The notes: generated by a model not told the origin, from the sequence alone. 64,000 bases of DNA from an uncultured Alphaproteobacteria bacterium (GCA_963702885.1 OY969766.1:3497389-3561388), one strand, 5' to 3'; counted from the first letter of the stretch, positions 52,159 to 62,153 are shown. Numbers and translations are program-made.

Positions 52159-53442
52159 ATGATCTCCAACCGGCTTTCGGCCGCGCTCGGCCGCAGAAAC
52201 ATCCACTACGGCTGGGTTATGATCGCCGTCACCTTTCTGACGGTCCTGGTCAGCGCGGCGTCGATCAGCGCGCCCGGCGTTTTCATCGTGCCGCTGGAGA
52301 AAGAATTCGGCTGGAGCAACGCCGAGATTTCAACCGCCCTCTCGATCCGGCTGTTGCTGTTCGGGCTGGTCGCGCCATTCGCCGCCGCCCTGATGAATCG
52401 CTACGGACTGCGCAACGTCGTCGTCAGCGCGCTGTCGTTAATCCTGGCCGGTATGCTGACTTCGCTGTTCATGACGCAGGTCTGGCAATTGGTCCTGTTG
52501 TGGGGATTCGTTGTCGGATTCGGCACCGGCATGACCGCGCTGGTGCTCGGCGCGACAGTTGCCACGCGCTGGTTCAGCGCGCGGCGCGGCCTCGTCGTCG
52601 GCATCCTGACGGCAAGTTCAGCCACTGGGCAGTTGGTGTTTCTGCCTCTCATGGCGGCGCTGACCGAGAACTATAGCTGGCGCGCAGCAATGCTGCTGCT
52701 CTGTTCGCTGATGCTGATCGCAGCAATTGCCGTCCTTCTGCTCATGCGGGACCGCCCCTCCGATCTCGCGCTTCGGCCCTTTGGCGATGACGGCTCGCAA
52801 CCTCTCGCGCCGGCCCCGTCCGCACATGGGCCAATCATGGCGTCCGCCCTCGGCGCCCTCAAGGAGGCATCTTCGTCCCGCACCTTCTGGATTCTGTTCG
52901 CCACCTTCTTCATCTGCGGCGCCAGTACCAACGGTCTCATTCAGACCCACTTCATCTCGTTCTGCTCCGACTTCAATCTGCCGGCCACCGGAGCGGCCAC
53001 CCTGCTTGCCGCGATGGGGATTTTCGATTTCATCGGCACCATCCTGTCCGGCTGGCTGTCGGACCGTTATGACAATCGCTGGCTGTTGTTTTGGTATTAT
53101 GGCCTGCGCGGCCTGTCGCTGCTGTTCCTGCCGTTCTCCGATTTCACTTTCTATGGCCTGTCGCTGTTTGCCGTATTCTACGGTCTGGACTGGTTCGCCA
53201 CCGTGCCGCCCACTGTCCGGCTTAGTGCCTCGACCTTCGGGCCCGAGCGTGCCAACCTGATGTTTGGCTGGATTTTCACCGGGCATCAATTGGGGGCTGC
53301 TTCAATCGCCCTCGCCGCTGGTCTGTCACGCACTTATCTCGTGAGCTATCTGCCGGCGTTCTTCGCGGCGGGCGCGCTCTGCCTCGTCGCCGCCCTGATT
53401 GCCCTGTCAATCAGTCGTGACAAAAAGCTCGCAGTAGCTTAG
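52159..53442 (+). CDS. MFS transporter (12-TM)
   Basis: ATG at 52159 (TTG at 52144 is possible). It is polytopic and divergent from the TetR gene. Confidence 0.8.
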   Translation: MISNRLSAALGRRNIHYGWVMIAVTFLTVLVSAASISAPGVFIVPLEKEFGWSNAEISTALSIRLLLFGLVAPFAAALMNRYGLRNVVVSALSLILAGMLTSLFMTQVWQLVLLWGFVVGFGTGMTALVLGATVATRWFSARRGLVVGILTASSATGQLVFLPLMAALTENYSWRAAMLLLCSLMLIAAIAVLLLMRDRPSDLALRPFGDDGSQPLAPAPSAHGPIMASALGALKEASSSRTFWILFATFFICGASTNGLIQTHFISFCSDFNLPATGAATLLAAMGIFDFIGTILSGWLSDRYDNRWLLFWYYGLRGLSLLFLPFSDFTFYGLSLFAVFYGLDWFATVPPTVRLSASTFGPERANLMFGWIFTGHQLGAASIALAAGLSRTYLVSYLPAFFAAGALCLVAALIALSISRDKKLAVA

Positions 53443-53485
53443 GTCTGCCTGTCAGAAATCACATTTTTCGACAGGCAGGATCGAT

Positions 53486-54748
53486 ATGCGACGTGTTGTG
53501 GTCACGGGGATGGGTGCGGTATCGCCGCTGGGTTGCGGCGTGGAGACCAACTGGTCCCGCCTGATCGCCGGCAAGTCGGGCCTGCGCCAGCTTTCCGACA
53601 ACGTAGTGGGTGAGCTTCCCGCCAAAGTCGCCGGTGTCGTTCCCGATCTCGCGGAGGATGCCGAGGCGGGATTCGATCCGGACCGGGCTGTTCCGCGTAA
53701 AGATCAGAAGAAAATGGATCGTTTCATCCTGTTCGCCCTGCTGGCGGCCGAGGAAGCGGTCAAACAGGCTGGCTGGGCGCCGGAGGATACGCGCGCGCGG
53801 GAGCGCACAGCCACCGTCATCGGCTCCGGCATCGGTGGATTTCCGGCAATCGCGGATTCGGTTCGTCTCGCGGATTCACGCGGCGTGCGCCGGCTATCGC
53901 CTTTCACCGTTCCGTCATTTCTGGTCAATCTTGCCGCAGGCCAGGTCTCCATCAAGCATGGCTTCAAGGGCCCGCTCGGCGCGCCGGTGACAGCCTGCGC
54001 CGCCGGCGTTCAGGCGATCGGCGATGCCGCGCGCCTGATCCGCGCGGGCGAGGCCGATGTCGCAGTCGCCGGAGGCGCCGAAGCCTGCATCGAGCGGACC
54101 AGCCTTGGCGGCTTTGCAGCGGCCCGCGCATTGTCGAGCGGGTTCAACGACACGCCACAGCGCGCGTCACGGCCATTCGATCGCGACCGTGACGGATTTG
54201 TGATGGGCGAAGGCTCCGGCATGCTGGTGCTCGAGGAGCGTGAGCATGCGCTGGCGCGCGGCGCTACGATCATTGCCGAACTGGTCGGCTACGGCACCAG
54301 CGCCGATGCCTATCACATGACGTCCGGCCCGGAGGATGGCGATGGCGCGCGGCGCGCGATCGAACAGGCGCTGCGTCAGGCCAATCTCAGCCCGGGGGAT
54401 ATTCAGCACCTCAACGCCCATGCCACCTCTACGCCAGTTGGTGATCTTGGCGAGCTTGCCGCCATCAAGAGCGTGTTCGGCACCAATGGCAGCGTTGCGG
54501 TCTCTTCGACCAAGTCCGCAACCGGACATCTTCTCGGCGCCGCCGGCGGCATTGAGGCGATCTATTCGGTGCTGGCACTGCGCGATCAGATCGCGCCCGC
54601 CACCCTCAATCTCGACAATCCGGACGAAGCGGCAAACGGCGTCGATCTTGTCCGCGGCGCGGCGCGCCCGATGAAGATCGAGCATGTGCTGTCAAACGGG
54701 TTCGGGTTCGGTGGCGTCAACGCCAGCGTGATCTTCCGCGCGGCGTAA
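53486..54748 (+). CDS. fabF: beta-ketoacyl-ACP synthase II paralog
   Basis: 420 aa. MRRVVVTGMGAVSPLG, active-site Cys in VTACAAG, and His residues in NAHATST and ATGHLLGAAG. It lies outside the fabD-fabG cluster at the window start. Confidence 0.88.
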   Translation: MRRVVVTGMGAVSPLGCGVETNWSRLIAGKSGLRQLSDNVVGELPAKVAGVVPDLAEDAEAGFDPDRAVPRKDQKKMDRFILFALLAAEEAVKQAGWAPEDTRARERTATVIGSGIGGFPAIADSVRLADSRGVRRLSPFTVPSFLVNLAAGQVSIKHGFKGPLGAPVTACAAGVQAIGDAARLIRAGEADVAVAGGAEACIERTSLGGFAAARALSSGFNDTPQRASRPFDRDRDGFVMGEGSGMLVLEEREHALARGATIIAELVGYGTSADAYHMTSGPEDGDGARRAIEQALRQANLSPGDIQHLNAHATSTPVGDLGELAAIKSVFGTNGSVAVSSTKSATGHLLGAAGGIEAIYSVLALRDQIAPATLNLDNPDEAANGVDLVRGAARPMKIEHVLSNGFGFGGVNASVIFRAA

Positions 54749-54794
54749 GTCACCACGCGTTTTTCCTGCAAACGATAACGGCTAACGGCCTGCC

Positions 54795-57700
54795 CTATTC
54801 CGCCGCCTGCGACACCGTGCCGGATTCGCCCGGCGGTTCGCGATCGGTCGGCTCGTCGCTGCGGCCGAGCCGCGACAGTGCATTCGAAAGCCGATCGAGA
54901 TAGAGATAGACCACCGGGGTGGTGAACAGGGTCAGCGCCTGACTGACGAGCAGACCACCGACCATCGCATAACCGAGCGGCTGGCGGATTTCCGAGCCGG
55001 TGCCTGTTCCCAGCATCAACGGCACACCGCCGAGCAGCGCCGCCATGGTCGTCATCATGATCGGGCGAAAACGCAGTAGCGCCGCCTTGCGGATGGATTC
55101 CTCCGGCGACAAATGCTCGTCGCGCTCCGCCACAATGGCGAAGTCCACCATCATGATGCCGTTCTTCTTCACGATGCCGATCAGCAGGATGATGCCGATC
55201 AACGCAATCAGGCTGAAGTCGAAGCCGAACAGCATCAGTGTGGCGAGCGCACCCACACCCGCCGACGGCAGGGTCGAGAGAATGGTGAGCGGGTGGATGT
55301 AGCTCTCATATAGGATGCCCAGCACGAGATAGACCACGACGAGCGCCGCCACGATCAAGAGCGGCACGGTGCCGAGCGATTGCTGGAATGCCTGGGCGGT
55401 GCCCTGGAAGTTGCCGCTCAATGTCGGCGGCGCGCCAAGCTCCACCATGGCTTTCTGCACGGCGTCAGTCGCCTGTCCCAGTGCCACGCCCTGCGCGAGA
55501 TTGAAGCTGATAGTGATCGACGGGAATTGCCCTTGATGGCTAATCGACAACGGCCGCACCGGGTCGGTCGTCCACTTCACAAACGCCGACAGTGGCACCT
55601 GATCGCCAGTGGTTGGCGACTTGATATAAATCTTGTGCAGCGAGTCCAAATCGCCCTGCATTTCCGGCAGAATTTCAAGGATCACCTTGTAGCTGTTGAG
55701 CTGGGTGAAATACTGCGTGACCTGCCGCTGCCCGAACGCATCATAGAGTGTGTCGTCGATCAGTTGCGGCTGGATGCCGAAACGCGATGCAGTATCGCGG
55801 TCGATGGTCAAGGTTAGCGTCGTGCCCTGCGTTTGCTGGTCGGTCGCAACATCGCGCAGTTGCGGCAGCGTCTCCATCTTCGCCAGGATTTTCGGCGCCC
55901 AGGTGTTCAGCTCGTCGAGATTGGCGTCCTGCAGTGTGTATTCGAACTGGGTTCGCGTGGCACGGCCGCCCATGCGGACATCCTGCGCCGCCTGCAAGAA
56001 CAGCTTTCCACCCTCCACTTTGTCGAGCTTCGGCCGCAGACGCGCGATGATCTGCTGCGCCGTTGCCGTGCGTTCGCTGCGCGGCTTGAGGGTGATGTAC
56101 ATACGCCCCGTGTTCAGCGCACTACCGCCGCCGCCGATCGCCATGGCTATACTGGCAACATCGGGATCGGCCTGCACAACCTTGCCGAGATCCTCCTGTA
56201 TCCGCTTCATATCGGCGAAGGAGATATCCTGCGCGGCTTGCGAAGCGCCGGTGATCAGGCCGGTGTCCTGCTGCGGAAAGAAACCTTTCGGGATCGCAAC
56301 GAACAGAACGCCCGAAAGGATAAGGGTTGCAAAAAACACGCACAGCGTCGTGAACTGCCACTTCAGGACGACATCAAGCCCACGCTCGTAAAGACGAAGC
56401 ATGCCATCAAAGAACCGCTCGCTCCACTGATAGAGACGCCCGTGCTTCTGATCTTGCTCATGTGCCTTGAGAAAGCGCGAAGCCATCATCGGCGTCAGGG
56501 TCAGCGACACGACCAGCGAGACGAAGATCGCCATCGCCAGCGTGACGGCAAACTCGCGGAACAGACGGCCGATGATACCGCCCATCAGAAGCAGCGGGAT
56601 CAGCACGGCGACCAGCGAAATGCTGATCGAAACGATGGTGAAGCCAATTTCTGCCGCGCCCTTGAGCGCCGCCTCGAACGGATCCTCCCCCTTCTCGACA
56701 TAGCGCGAGATATTCTCAAGCATCACGATGGCGTCGTCCACCACGAACCCGACCGAGATCGTCAGAGCCATCAATGACAGGTTGTCGAGCGTATAACCGC
56801 ACACCCACATCAGGGCGCAGGCACCGAGCAGCGCCAGCGGAACGGTGACGCTCGGGATCACGGTCGCCCAGAAGCTTCGCAGGAAAATAAAGATCACCAT
56901 CACCACCAGAGCGATGGTGAGCAGCAGCGTGAACTGCACATCTTCGACTGCGGTGCGAATAGTCTGCGTCCGATCGCTCATGATCGAGACTTTGATCGCC
57001 GGCGGGATCGCCGCGACCAGCCGCGGCAGTTGCGCCTTGATCCGGTCCACCGTCTCGATGACGTTGGCGCCGGGCTGCTTGAAGATCACGAGAAACACCC
57101 CGCGCTGGCCGTTGGCCCACGCCGCCTGCTTCATGTCCTCCGGCCCTGCCACGGCCTGGCCGATGTCGCGTATGCGCAGCGGCCCGCCGTTCCGGTAGGC
57201 GATGATTACATCGTTCCAGTCTTTCGAGTTCGGCAACTGGTCGTTGGCGTAGATGGTGTAGCTGCGCGTCTTGCCGTCGATATTGCCCTTCGGACTATCG
57301 ACCGTGGTGATCGCGATCTGCGCGCGCACGTCCTCAAGACTGAGGCCCTTGGCCACCAATTTGGCCGGATCGATCTGAATACGAATGGCAGGTTTCTGCT
57401 GGCCGCCGATCGTCACCTGCGCGACGCCGCTGATCTGACTGATCTGCTGCGCGAGCTGCGCATCGACGGAGTCGTTGACCAGGATCAGCGGCATGGTGTC
57501 GGAGGTCGCCGACATGATCATGATCGGCGAATCCGCCGGGTTCACCTTTCGATAGGTCGGCGGATTAGGCAGGTTCTTGGGCAGCGTGCCGCCTGCGGCG
57601 TTGATCGCCCCCTGCACGTCATTCGCCGCGCCGTCGATATTGCGGTTGAGATCGAACTGGATCGTGATCGACGCCGACCCAAGCGAGCTCGTCGAGGTCA

Positions 57701-57944
57701 TCTGCGCAACGCCCGGAATCTGCGCAAACTGGCGCTCGAGCGGCTGCGCGACCGAAGACGCCATCGTCTCCGGGCTGGCGCCGGGCAGGCTCGCGGACAC
57801 CTGAATGGTAGGAAAATCGACCTGAGGCAGCGGCGCCACCGGCAACAGCGGATAAGCGACAAGGCCGACAAACAGCACGCCCACCATCAACAGCGATGTT
57901 GCGATGGGGTACCGGATAAACGGCCCTGAAATGCTGTAGTTCAT
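54795..57944 (-). CDS. RND efflux transporter permease (MdtB/MdtC/AcrB family)
   Basis: 1049 aa, 12-TM, with two large periplasmic loops. N-terminus SGPFIRYPIATSLLM. Confidence 0.95.
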   Translation of the reverse strand: MNYSISGPFIRYPIATSLLMVGVLFVGLVAYPLLPVAPLPQVDFPTIQVSASLPGASPETMASSVAQPLERQFAQIPGVAQMTSTSSLGSASITIQFDLNRNIDGAANDVQGAINAAGGTLPKNLPNPPTYRKVNPADSPIMIMSATSDTMPLILVNDSVDAQLAQQISQISGVAQVTIGGQQKPAIRIQIDPAKLVAKGLSLEDVRAQIAITTVDSPKGNIDGKTRSYTIYANDQLPNSKDWNDVIIAYRNGGPLRIRDIGQAVAGPEDMKQAAWANGQRGVFLVIFKQPGANVIETVDRIKAQLPRLVAAIPPAIKVSIMSDRTQTIRTAVEDVQFTLLLTIALVVMVIFIFLRSFWATVIPSVTVPLALLGACALMWVCGYTLDNLSLMALTISVGFVVDDAIVMLENISRYVEKGEDPFEAALKGAAEIGFTIVSISISLVAVLIPLLLMGGIIGRLFREFAVTLAMAIFVSLVVSLTLTPMMASRFLKAHEQDQKHGRLYQWSERFFDGMLRLYERGLDVVLKWQFTTLCVFFATLILSGVLFVAIPKGFFPQQDTGLITGASQAAQDISFADMKRIQEDLGKVVQADPDVASIAMAIGGGGSALNTGRMYITLKPRSERTATAQQIIARLRPKLDKVEGGKLFLQAAQDVRMGGRATRTQFEYTLQDANLDELNTWAPKILAKMETLPQLRDVATDQQTQGTTLTLTIDRDTASRFGIQPQLIDDTLYDAFGQRQVTQYFTQLNSYKVILEILPEMQGDLDSLHKIYIKSPTTGDQVPLSAFVKWTTDPVRPLSISHQGQFPSITISFNLAQGVALGQATDAVQKAMVELGAPPTLSGNFQGTAQAFQQSLGTVPLLIVAALVVVYLVLGILYESYIHPLTILSTLPSAGVGALATLMLFGFDFSLIALIGIILLIGIVKKNGIMMVDFAIVAERDEHLSPEESIRKAALLRFRPIMMTTMAALLGGVPLMLGTGTGSEIRQPLGYAMVGGLLVSQALTLFTTPVVYLYLDRLSNALSRLGRSDEPTDREPPGESGTVSQAAE

Positions 57945-57945
57945 T

Positions 57946-59097
57946 TCAATCGACCTTCACCGGTGAAACATTCGAGTTCGCCGTTCTGGTCGCAAGCAAT
58001 GAGCCCTCATGAACACGATATTGTCCGGCGGTCACCACCTGCTCGCCGGGCGACAGTCCCTCCTCGATCAGGGTGCGGCCCTCACCGGAATAGCCGGCCT
58101 TGATCTTTCGCACCTGCGCCTTGTTGCCGTTAGTCACGGCATAGACAAAGAGCCCGTCATTACCATGCTGCACGGCGGTGTCCGGCACCACGGTCGCATC
58201 CTTCACGGTGTTCACCAGAAGGCGCGTTGCCACCGACAGGCCCGGCCACAACGCGTGGTCCTTGTTGTCGAACGTCGCCTTCAGGCGGATGGTTCCACTG
58301 GTCGAGTCGACCTGATTGTTCATCAGCGCGAGCGAGCCTTCGGATAACAGGTTCTTGCCATCCGATGTGTAAGCCAAAACTTTCAACGGCCCCTTCGTCA
58401 GAGCCTTGGCAATACCCGGCAGTTGCTGTTCGGGCGCAGTAAAGATCACCGCGATCGGCTCGATCTGCACGATGGTAACAATGCCGGTCTGGGTCGCCGC
58501 GTTGACAATGTTGCCCTGATCGACCTGCCGCAGGCCGGTGACACCGGCGATCGGCGCGCGGATGCTGGCGTAATCAAGCTGGGTCTGGGCATTCACGATT
58601 GCGGCTTCATCGGCGGCGATCTGGGCGGTGAGCTGCCGGACGGCGGAGGTCTGCGTGTCCACCTGCTGGCGGGTAGCGAAATCGCCGAGTTTGGTCGAAC
58701 GCTGCAGATCGAGCTTGGCGTTGGCCAGCGCTGCTTCATCCTGAGTCTTCTTCGCGATGGCCTGATCGAGCGCAGCCTGGAACACGCGCGGATCGATCTG
58801 GGCCAGCAGATCTCCCTGTTTGACAAACTGTCCTTCCTTGAAGGCGATCTTGTCGATCTGTCCGTCAACACGGGTGCGCACTACCACGGTGTTGAAACCC
58901 TGTACGGTGCCGAGACCGGAGAGATAGACTGGGAAATCAGCTTTTTCCGCCCGCGCGATCGTTACCGGCACGGCCGGCTCAGCAGCGGTCTTGGACGCCC
59001 TCTGAGAGTGCGACGCCCCGCGCCATGCCCAATAGCCTCCGCCAACGACAAGCGCCGCCAGCAGGACATAGACCCATCGGGGAACACGGTAACTCAT
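57946..59097 (-). CDS. RND efflux periplasmic adaptor (membrane fusion protein)
   Basis: ATG at 59095-59097 (alternative ATG at 59124). It has a TM anchor, coiled-coil hairpin, lipoyl and beta-barrel segments. Its stop lies 1 nt before the RND pump start. Confidence 0.85.
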   Translation of the reverse strand: MSYRVPRWVYVLLAALVVGGGYWAWRGASHSQRASKTAAEPAVPVTIARAEKADFPVYLSGLGTVQGFNTVVVRTRVDGQIDKIAFKEGQFVKQGDLLAQIDPRVFQAALDQAIAKKTQDEAALANAKLDLQRSTKLGDFATRQQVDTQTSAVRQLTAQIAADEAAIVNAQTQLDYASIRAPIAGVTGLRQVDQGNIVNAATQTGIVTIVQIEPIAVIFTAPEQQLPGIAKALTKGPLKVLAYTSDGKNLLSEGSLALMNNQVDSTSGTIRLKATFDNKDHALWPGLSVATRLLVNTVKDATVVPDTAVQHGNDGLFVYAVTNGNKAQVRKIKAGYSGEGRTLIEEGLSPGEQVVTAGQYRVHEGSLLATRTANSNVSPVKVD

Positions 59098-59151
59098 GAA
59101 TTCTACTCTCTTCGCTTTCTGCATGCACTTTCAGAATATAAAGGTTATATA

Positions 59152-59170
59152 TTAGTGCGCTTGCACTTAA
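59152..59170. promoter_or_regulatory. imperfect palindrome in the MarR/efflux divergent spacer (candidate MarR operator)
   Basis: ttAGTGCgcttGCACTtaa sits in an AT-rich 120-nt spacer between the adaptor gene and the MarR gene. Positional inference only. Confidence 0.25.
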
Positions 59171-59217
59171 TACGTCAGCACATCAATTATTCGTAAAATC
59201 ACCTCGGGCGCACGGTC

Positions 59218-59706
59218 ATGGCCTCTGATTTAAAACGACAATTTGTGGCTCAGTTGATCGAAAGCTCAAGGCTGCTGCGTAATTATATCGACCACAGGGC
59301 GAAAAGCCGCGGCACCACCCGCGCGCAATGGATCGTGCTCTTCCGCCTGCGGGATCAGGAAGGCTTGTCTCAGGTCGATCTTGCCGATGTGCTTGAGTTG
59401 CAGCCAATTTCGCTAGTCCGCTTGCTCGATCGGCTGGTCGAGCATGGTCTGCTCGAACGGCGTGCCGATCCACGCGACCGCCGAGCCAATCAACTCTTTT
59501 TGACCGCCGCCGGCCGCCAGCTTGTCGACGATCTCGACAGCCTGCGCGACTCCATTGCATGCGACGTGTTGCAGAACGTTCCGACCGATGCGATTCGGAC
59601 CAGCCTCGAGACGCTTGTCACAGTGAAGAACCACGTCAAGGACACGGCTCAAGGCCCGGCGGCCAGCGACAGCGTTCGAACCGGCCGGCAGCGGCGGAAG
59701 GCCTGA
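59218..59706 (+). CDS. MarR family transcriptional regulator
   Basis: 162 aa with the winged-HTH segment LSQVDLADVLELQPISLVRLLDRLVEHGLLERRADPRDRRA. Confidence 0.85.
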   Translation: MASDLKRQFVAQLIESSRLLRNYIDHRAKSRGTTRAQWIVLFRLRDQEGLSQVDLADVLELQPISLVRLLDRLVEHGLLERRADPRDRRANQLFLTAAGRQLVDDLDSLRDSIACDVLQNVPTDAIRTSLETLVTVKNHVKDTAQGPAASDSVRTGRQRRKA

Positions 59707-59777
59707 GTACCTCACGTCACTATATAAAGATAAGGTCCAGCACCCGCCCGATCCCGATCCCGATCCTCCGACAAACA

Positions 59778-59816
59778 AAACGAGAGGCAGTCCGCGGACC
59801 ACCTCCCGTCTCGTTT
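59778..59816. terminator. compound hairpin between the convergent MarR and DUF1236 genes
   Basis: AAACGAGA...TCTCGTTT forms an 8-bp outer stem enclosing the GTCCGCGGAC palindrome. On the minus strand it is followed by TTTTGTTTGT. Confidence 0.45.
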
Positions 59817-59830
59817 CCCACTTGGGGAAA

Positions 59831-60520
59831 TTAGCTTTCGATGATGTAGACGATCTCATGCGTGTCCGGCCGCAGGATGATGTACCTGCCGTTCACGAGA
59901 ATGAAATCGTAACCCCGCCACTCCGGATAGATTTCCACGATTTGCACCGGCAGCGGATAATAGTGCACTGAAGCCGGCACTCGCGCGCCAACGGCGATGT
60001 TGAAGTTCACGTTCGTAACTTCCTTCACCTTCTCCTGCTTGATCGCTGACGAGATCTGGGCGCGCTTCTCCGCCGGCGGCGCTGCGGTAGCTGACGTCGC
60101 CGCGCTGCCTGTGGTCTTGCTCGCGCCGCTATTCGAGCGCGTTTCGGCGGCCGTCGAGCCCTTCTCGCCCTTTGCAGCATCGCCCTTTGTGGACTCGTTT
60201 GCCGACTTGGCGTTGTTCTTCATCTCGGCCGGATTCTTGCTATCCGATTGAGCCTGCGACTTTGTCGAGGGATGAACTCGGTTCTCTTGCGCTTGCTTCG
60301 GCGCGTTCGTCATGCCGTTCTCATTCGCAGCCTTCGCACCGGCGGGCGCTGAATGTTCCATGCTTCCTTTTGCGGAACCGCCAGGATTTGCAGGCGCTGT
60401 CGCAGTGGGAGCCTCGCCTCCCTTCATCCCACCGGGTGCCGCGCTCTGCGCGGACGCTATTCCCGTAGTGACGGCAAGCGTAAGTGCAGCAGTCGTCATC
60501 ATCCATATCGCTCTGTTCAT
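59831..60520 (-). CDS. DUF1236 domain-containing exported protein
   Basis: ATG at 60518-60520, 6 nt after GAGGAG (ATG at 60526 is possible). It has a signal peptide and a low-complexity middle. The C-terminal segment VPASVHYYPLPVQIVEIYPEWRGYDFILVNGRYIILRPDTHEIVYII is typical of DUF1236. Confidence 0.72.
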   Translation of the reverse strand: MNRAIWMMTTAALTLAVTTGIASAQSAAPGGMKGGEAPTATAPANPGGSAKGSMEHSAPAGAKAANENGMTNAPKQAQENRVHPSTKSQAQSDSKNPAEMKNNAKSANESTKGDAAKGEKGSTAAETRSNSGASKTTGSAATSATAAPPAEKRAQISSAIKQEKVKEVTNVNFNIAVGARVPASVHYYPLPVQIVEIYPEWRGYDFILVNGRYIILRPDTHEIVYIIES

Positions 60521-60622
60521 CGGCATCTCCTCTCATCCGACCGTTCATTCGGTCTGTACCGAAAACAGAATTGCACTGGGCACGTTCCGCATCACCACCG
60601 CGCAAAGACGAATTCGAAACAA

Positions 60623-60648
60623 CGCGGTTTCGCTGGAACAAAACCGCG
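60623..60648 (-). terminator. intrinsic terminator after the hypothetical gene at 60725-61174
   Basis: CGCGGTTT-N10-AAACCGCG, a perfect 8-bp stem. On the minus strand it is followed by TTGTTTCG. Confidence 0.5.
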
Positions 60649-60724
60649 CATTCAGAAATTTCAGACTGGTGAGGAATAAATATTGGTGACGAACTGCTAG
60701 ACGATTGCGTCAAAATTCTCGCGG

Positions 60725-61174
60725 CTACCAGAAGTCAAAGAATCCGGGCTCGCGCGCCTGTGCCAATGCACGTTGTCTTTGCTGATGCTTCCGGCTGGCT
60801 GTGCGCTTCTTGGAGACTTTCGTTGTGACAGTTTCTGTTCGCGTGGAAGAAGCAGCGTCAACCTGCGCATAAGCGTTCCGCACACTGTCCTTGGTGGTAG
60901 GAGCGTTCCCCAATGGCTTCGCAGGAGGCGTTGCAACGATCGGTACTTCCGCAATACGCGGCGCGGCTATCGGAGGCTGGCTGGTGTCGTACACAATCGG
61001 CGGGTCGGCTTGCTTGTTGCTTGCACTGATCCGAACGGTCGGCCGCTCCACCTGCACTCCAGAGTGGGATACGCGCGTATCTGATCCACCGGCCTTCGGC
61101 AGATACGCATTGGCCGCGAACAGCAGCACAAAAAGGCAGCTCCCGACGATCACAAAATAACGCAACACGGGCAT
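60725..61174 (-). CDS. hypothetical membrane-anchored protein
   Basis: ATG at 61172-61174 gives the TM anchor MPVLRYFVIVGSCLFVLLFAANAYL. The remainder is low complexity with a basic C-terminus. I recognise no family. Confidence 0.45.
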   Translation of the reverse strand: MPVLRYFVIVGSCLFVLLFAANAYLPKAGGSDTRVSHSGVQVERPTVRISASNKQADPPIVYDTSQPPIAAPRIAEVPIVATPPAKPLGNAPTTKDSVRNAYAQVDAASSTRTETVTTKVSKKRTASRKHQQRQRALAQAREPGFFDFW

Positions 61175-61282
61175 GGAACACCGGCAACCAAACGCAACAT
61201 CGCGCGGTGAACAACACCCGCGCGACGGCAATGTTCCGTCGCCTGCCGTCACCCATATGGGGTAATGCCGGCCATGATAAGG

Positions 61283-61792
61283 TTAACGGCGCACCTGCAG
61301 CCTCTTGGCCAGAGTCCGGAACCGCTCCATCTGGTCGGCCCTGAGCTGGCGTGCCTCATCGCGCCCGACGAACACCTTGAACATGATGCCGCCATCCACA
61401 TTGATGAATGCAACAAACGCCGACGACTTGCCCATGAACGGGCGTTCGACGAAGGCAAGACCGCCGCAACGCTCGTGTCGCAAATGGCCGTGCAGCCCCT
61501 TTGGACCGGAGAGATTGAAATAACCGCGCCCGACCTCGCCTTGCGAAACCGGATCGGTGATTTCGAAAATCCCGTCATTGGTATGGATGATCAGCGTTAC
61601 CTGTCCCCAAGTGGCGATGTCCTGCATCGCCTCGACGAAAGTCGATCCTGGGGCGAAGCTGCGCATCGCTTCCGGTAAGGCTTCCAGCACCGCGCGGCAT
61701 GTCACATTGTTTTCGCGCGCAACGTCCTCGATCACCCCGCCGGGATTTTCGGCCATGTGCTTTTTCAAAGCGGCCAGATCCGTGCTCAACAC
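61283..61792 (-). CDS. huvX: heme utilisation cytosolic carrier protein HuvX/ChuX
   Basis: GTG at 61790-61792 with GGAGG 7 nt upstream. The 169-aa product aligns by eye with E. coli ChuX (GYFNLSGPKGLHGHL..ERPFMG..FKVFVGRDE). Confidence 0.8.
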   Translation of the reverse strand: MLSTDLAALKKHMAENPGGVIEDVARENNVTCRAVLEALPEAMRSFAPGSTFVEAMQDIATWGQVTLIIHTNDGIFEITDPVSQGEVGRGYFNLSGPKGLHGHLRHERCGGLAFVERPFMGKSSAFVAFINVDGGIMFKVFVGRDEARQLRADQMERFRTLAKRLQVRR

Positions 61793-61817
61793 AATGTATC
61801 CTCCATCAATTAATGGA

Positions 61818-62153
61818 TCAGGCGGCAGCGCTGGAGCGCGGTTCTGTCAGAACCACCTCGAAGCCTTCGAACTTCGGGTGTCCCAAAACGAGGCTCGGGC
61901 CGGAATTGTCGCTGGCGCGGGCATGCGACTTGCGGAACTGCTCGGACTTGGTCCAGCCCTCGAACGACGCCTTGTCCGCCCACACCGTGTGGGAGGAATA
62001 TAGCGTATGGTCACTTTCCGTCGAACCGCGCAGCAGATGAAACTCCATGAATCCGGGCAACTCGTTCAGATAAGTCTCGCGCGACGCCCAGACGTTTTCG
62101 AATGCCTTTTCCGATCCGATCTTCACCTGGAATTGGTTCATCGCGATGTACAT
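61818..62153 (-). CDS. IsdG/HmuQ-like heme-degrading monooxygenase (ABM domain)
   Basis: ATG at 62151-62153. The 111-aa product has Asn6, Trp67 and His77 at the positions of the IsdG-family catalytic triad. It sits between a TonB-dependent receptor gene and huvX. Confidence 0.72.
   Translation of the reverse strand: MYIAMNQFQVKIGSEKAFENVWASRETYLNELPGFMEFHLLRGSTESDHTLYSSHTVWADKASFEGWTKSEQFRKSHARASDNSGPSLVLGHPKFEGFEVVLTEPRSSAAA

Noticed and set aside
59747-59764. CCCGAT x3 hexanucleotide microsatellite downstream of the MarR gene.
   Set aside because: It has three copies only, is non-coding and has no obvious function, so it is probably incidental.
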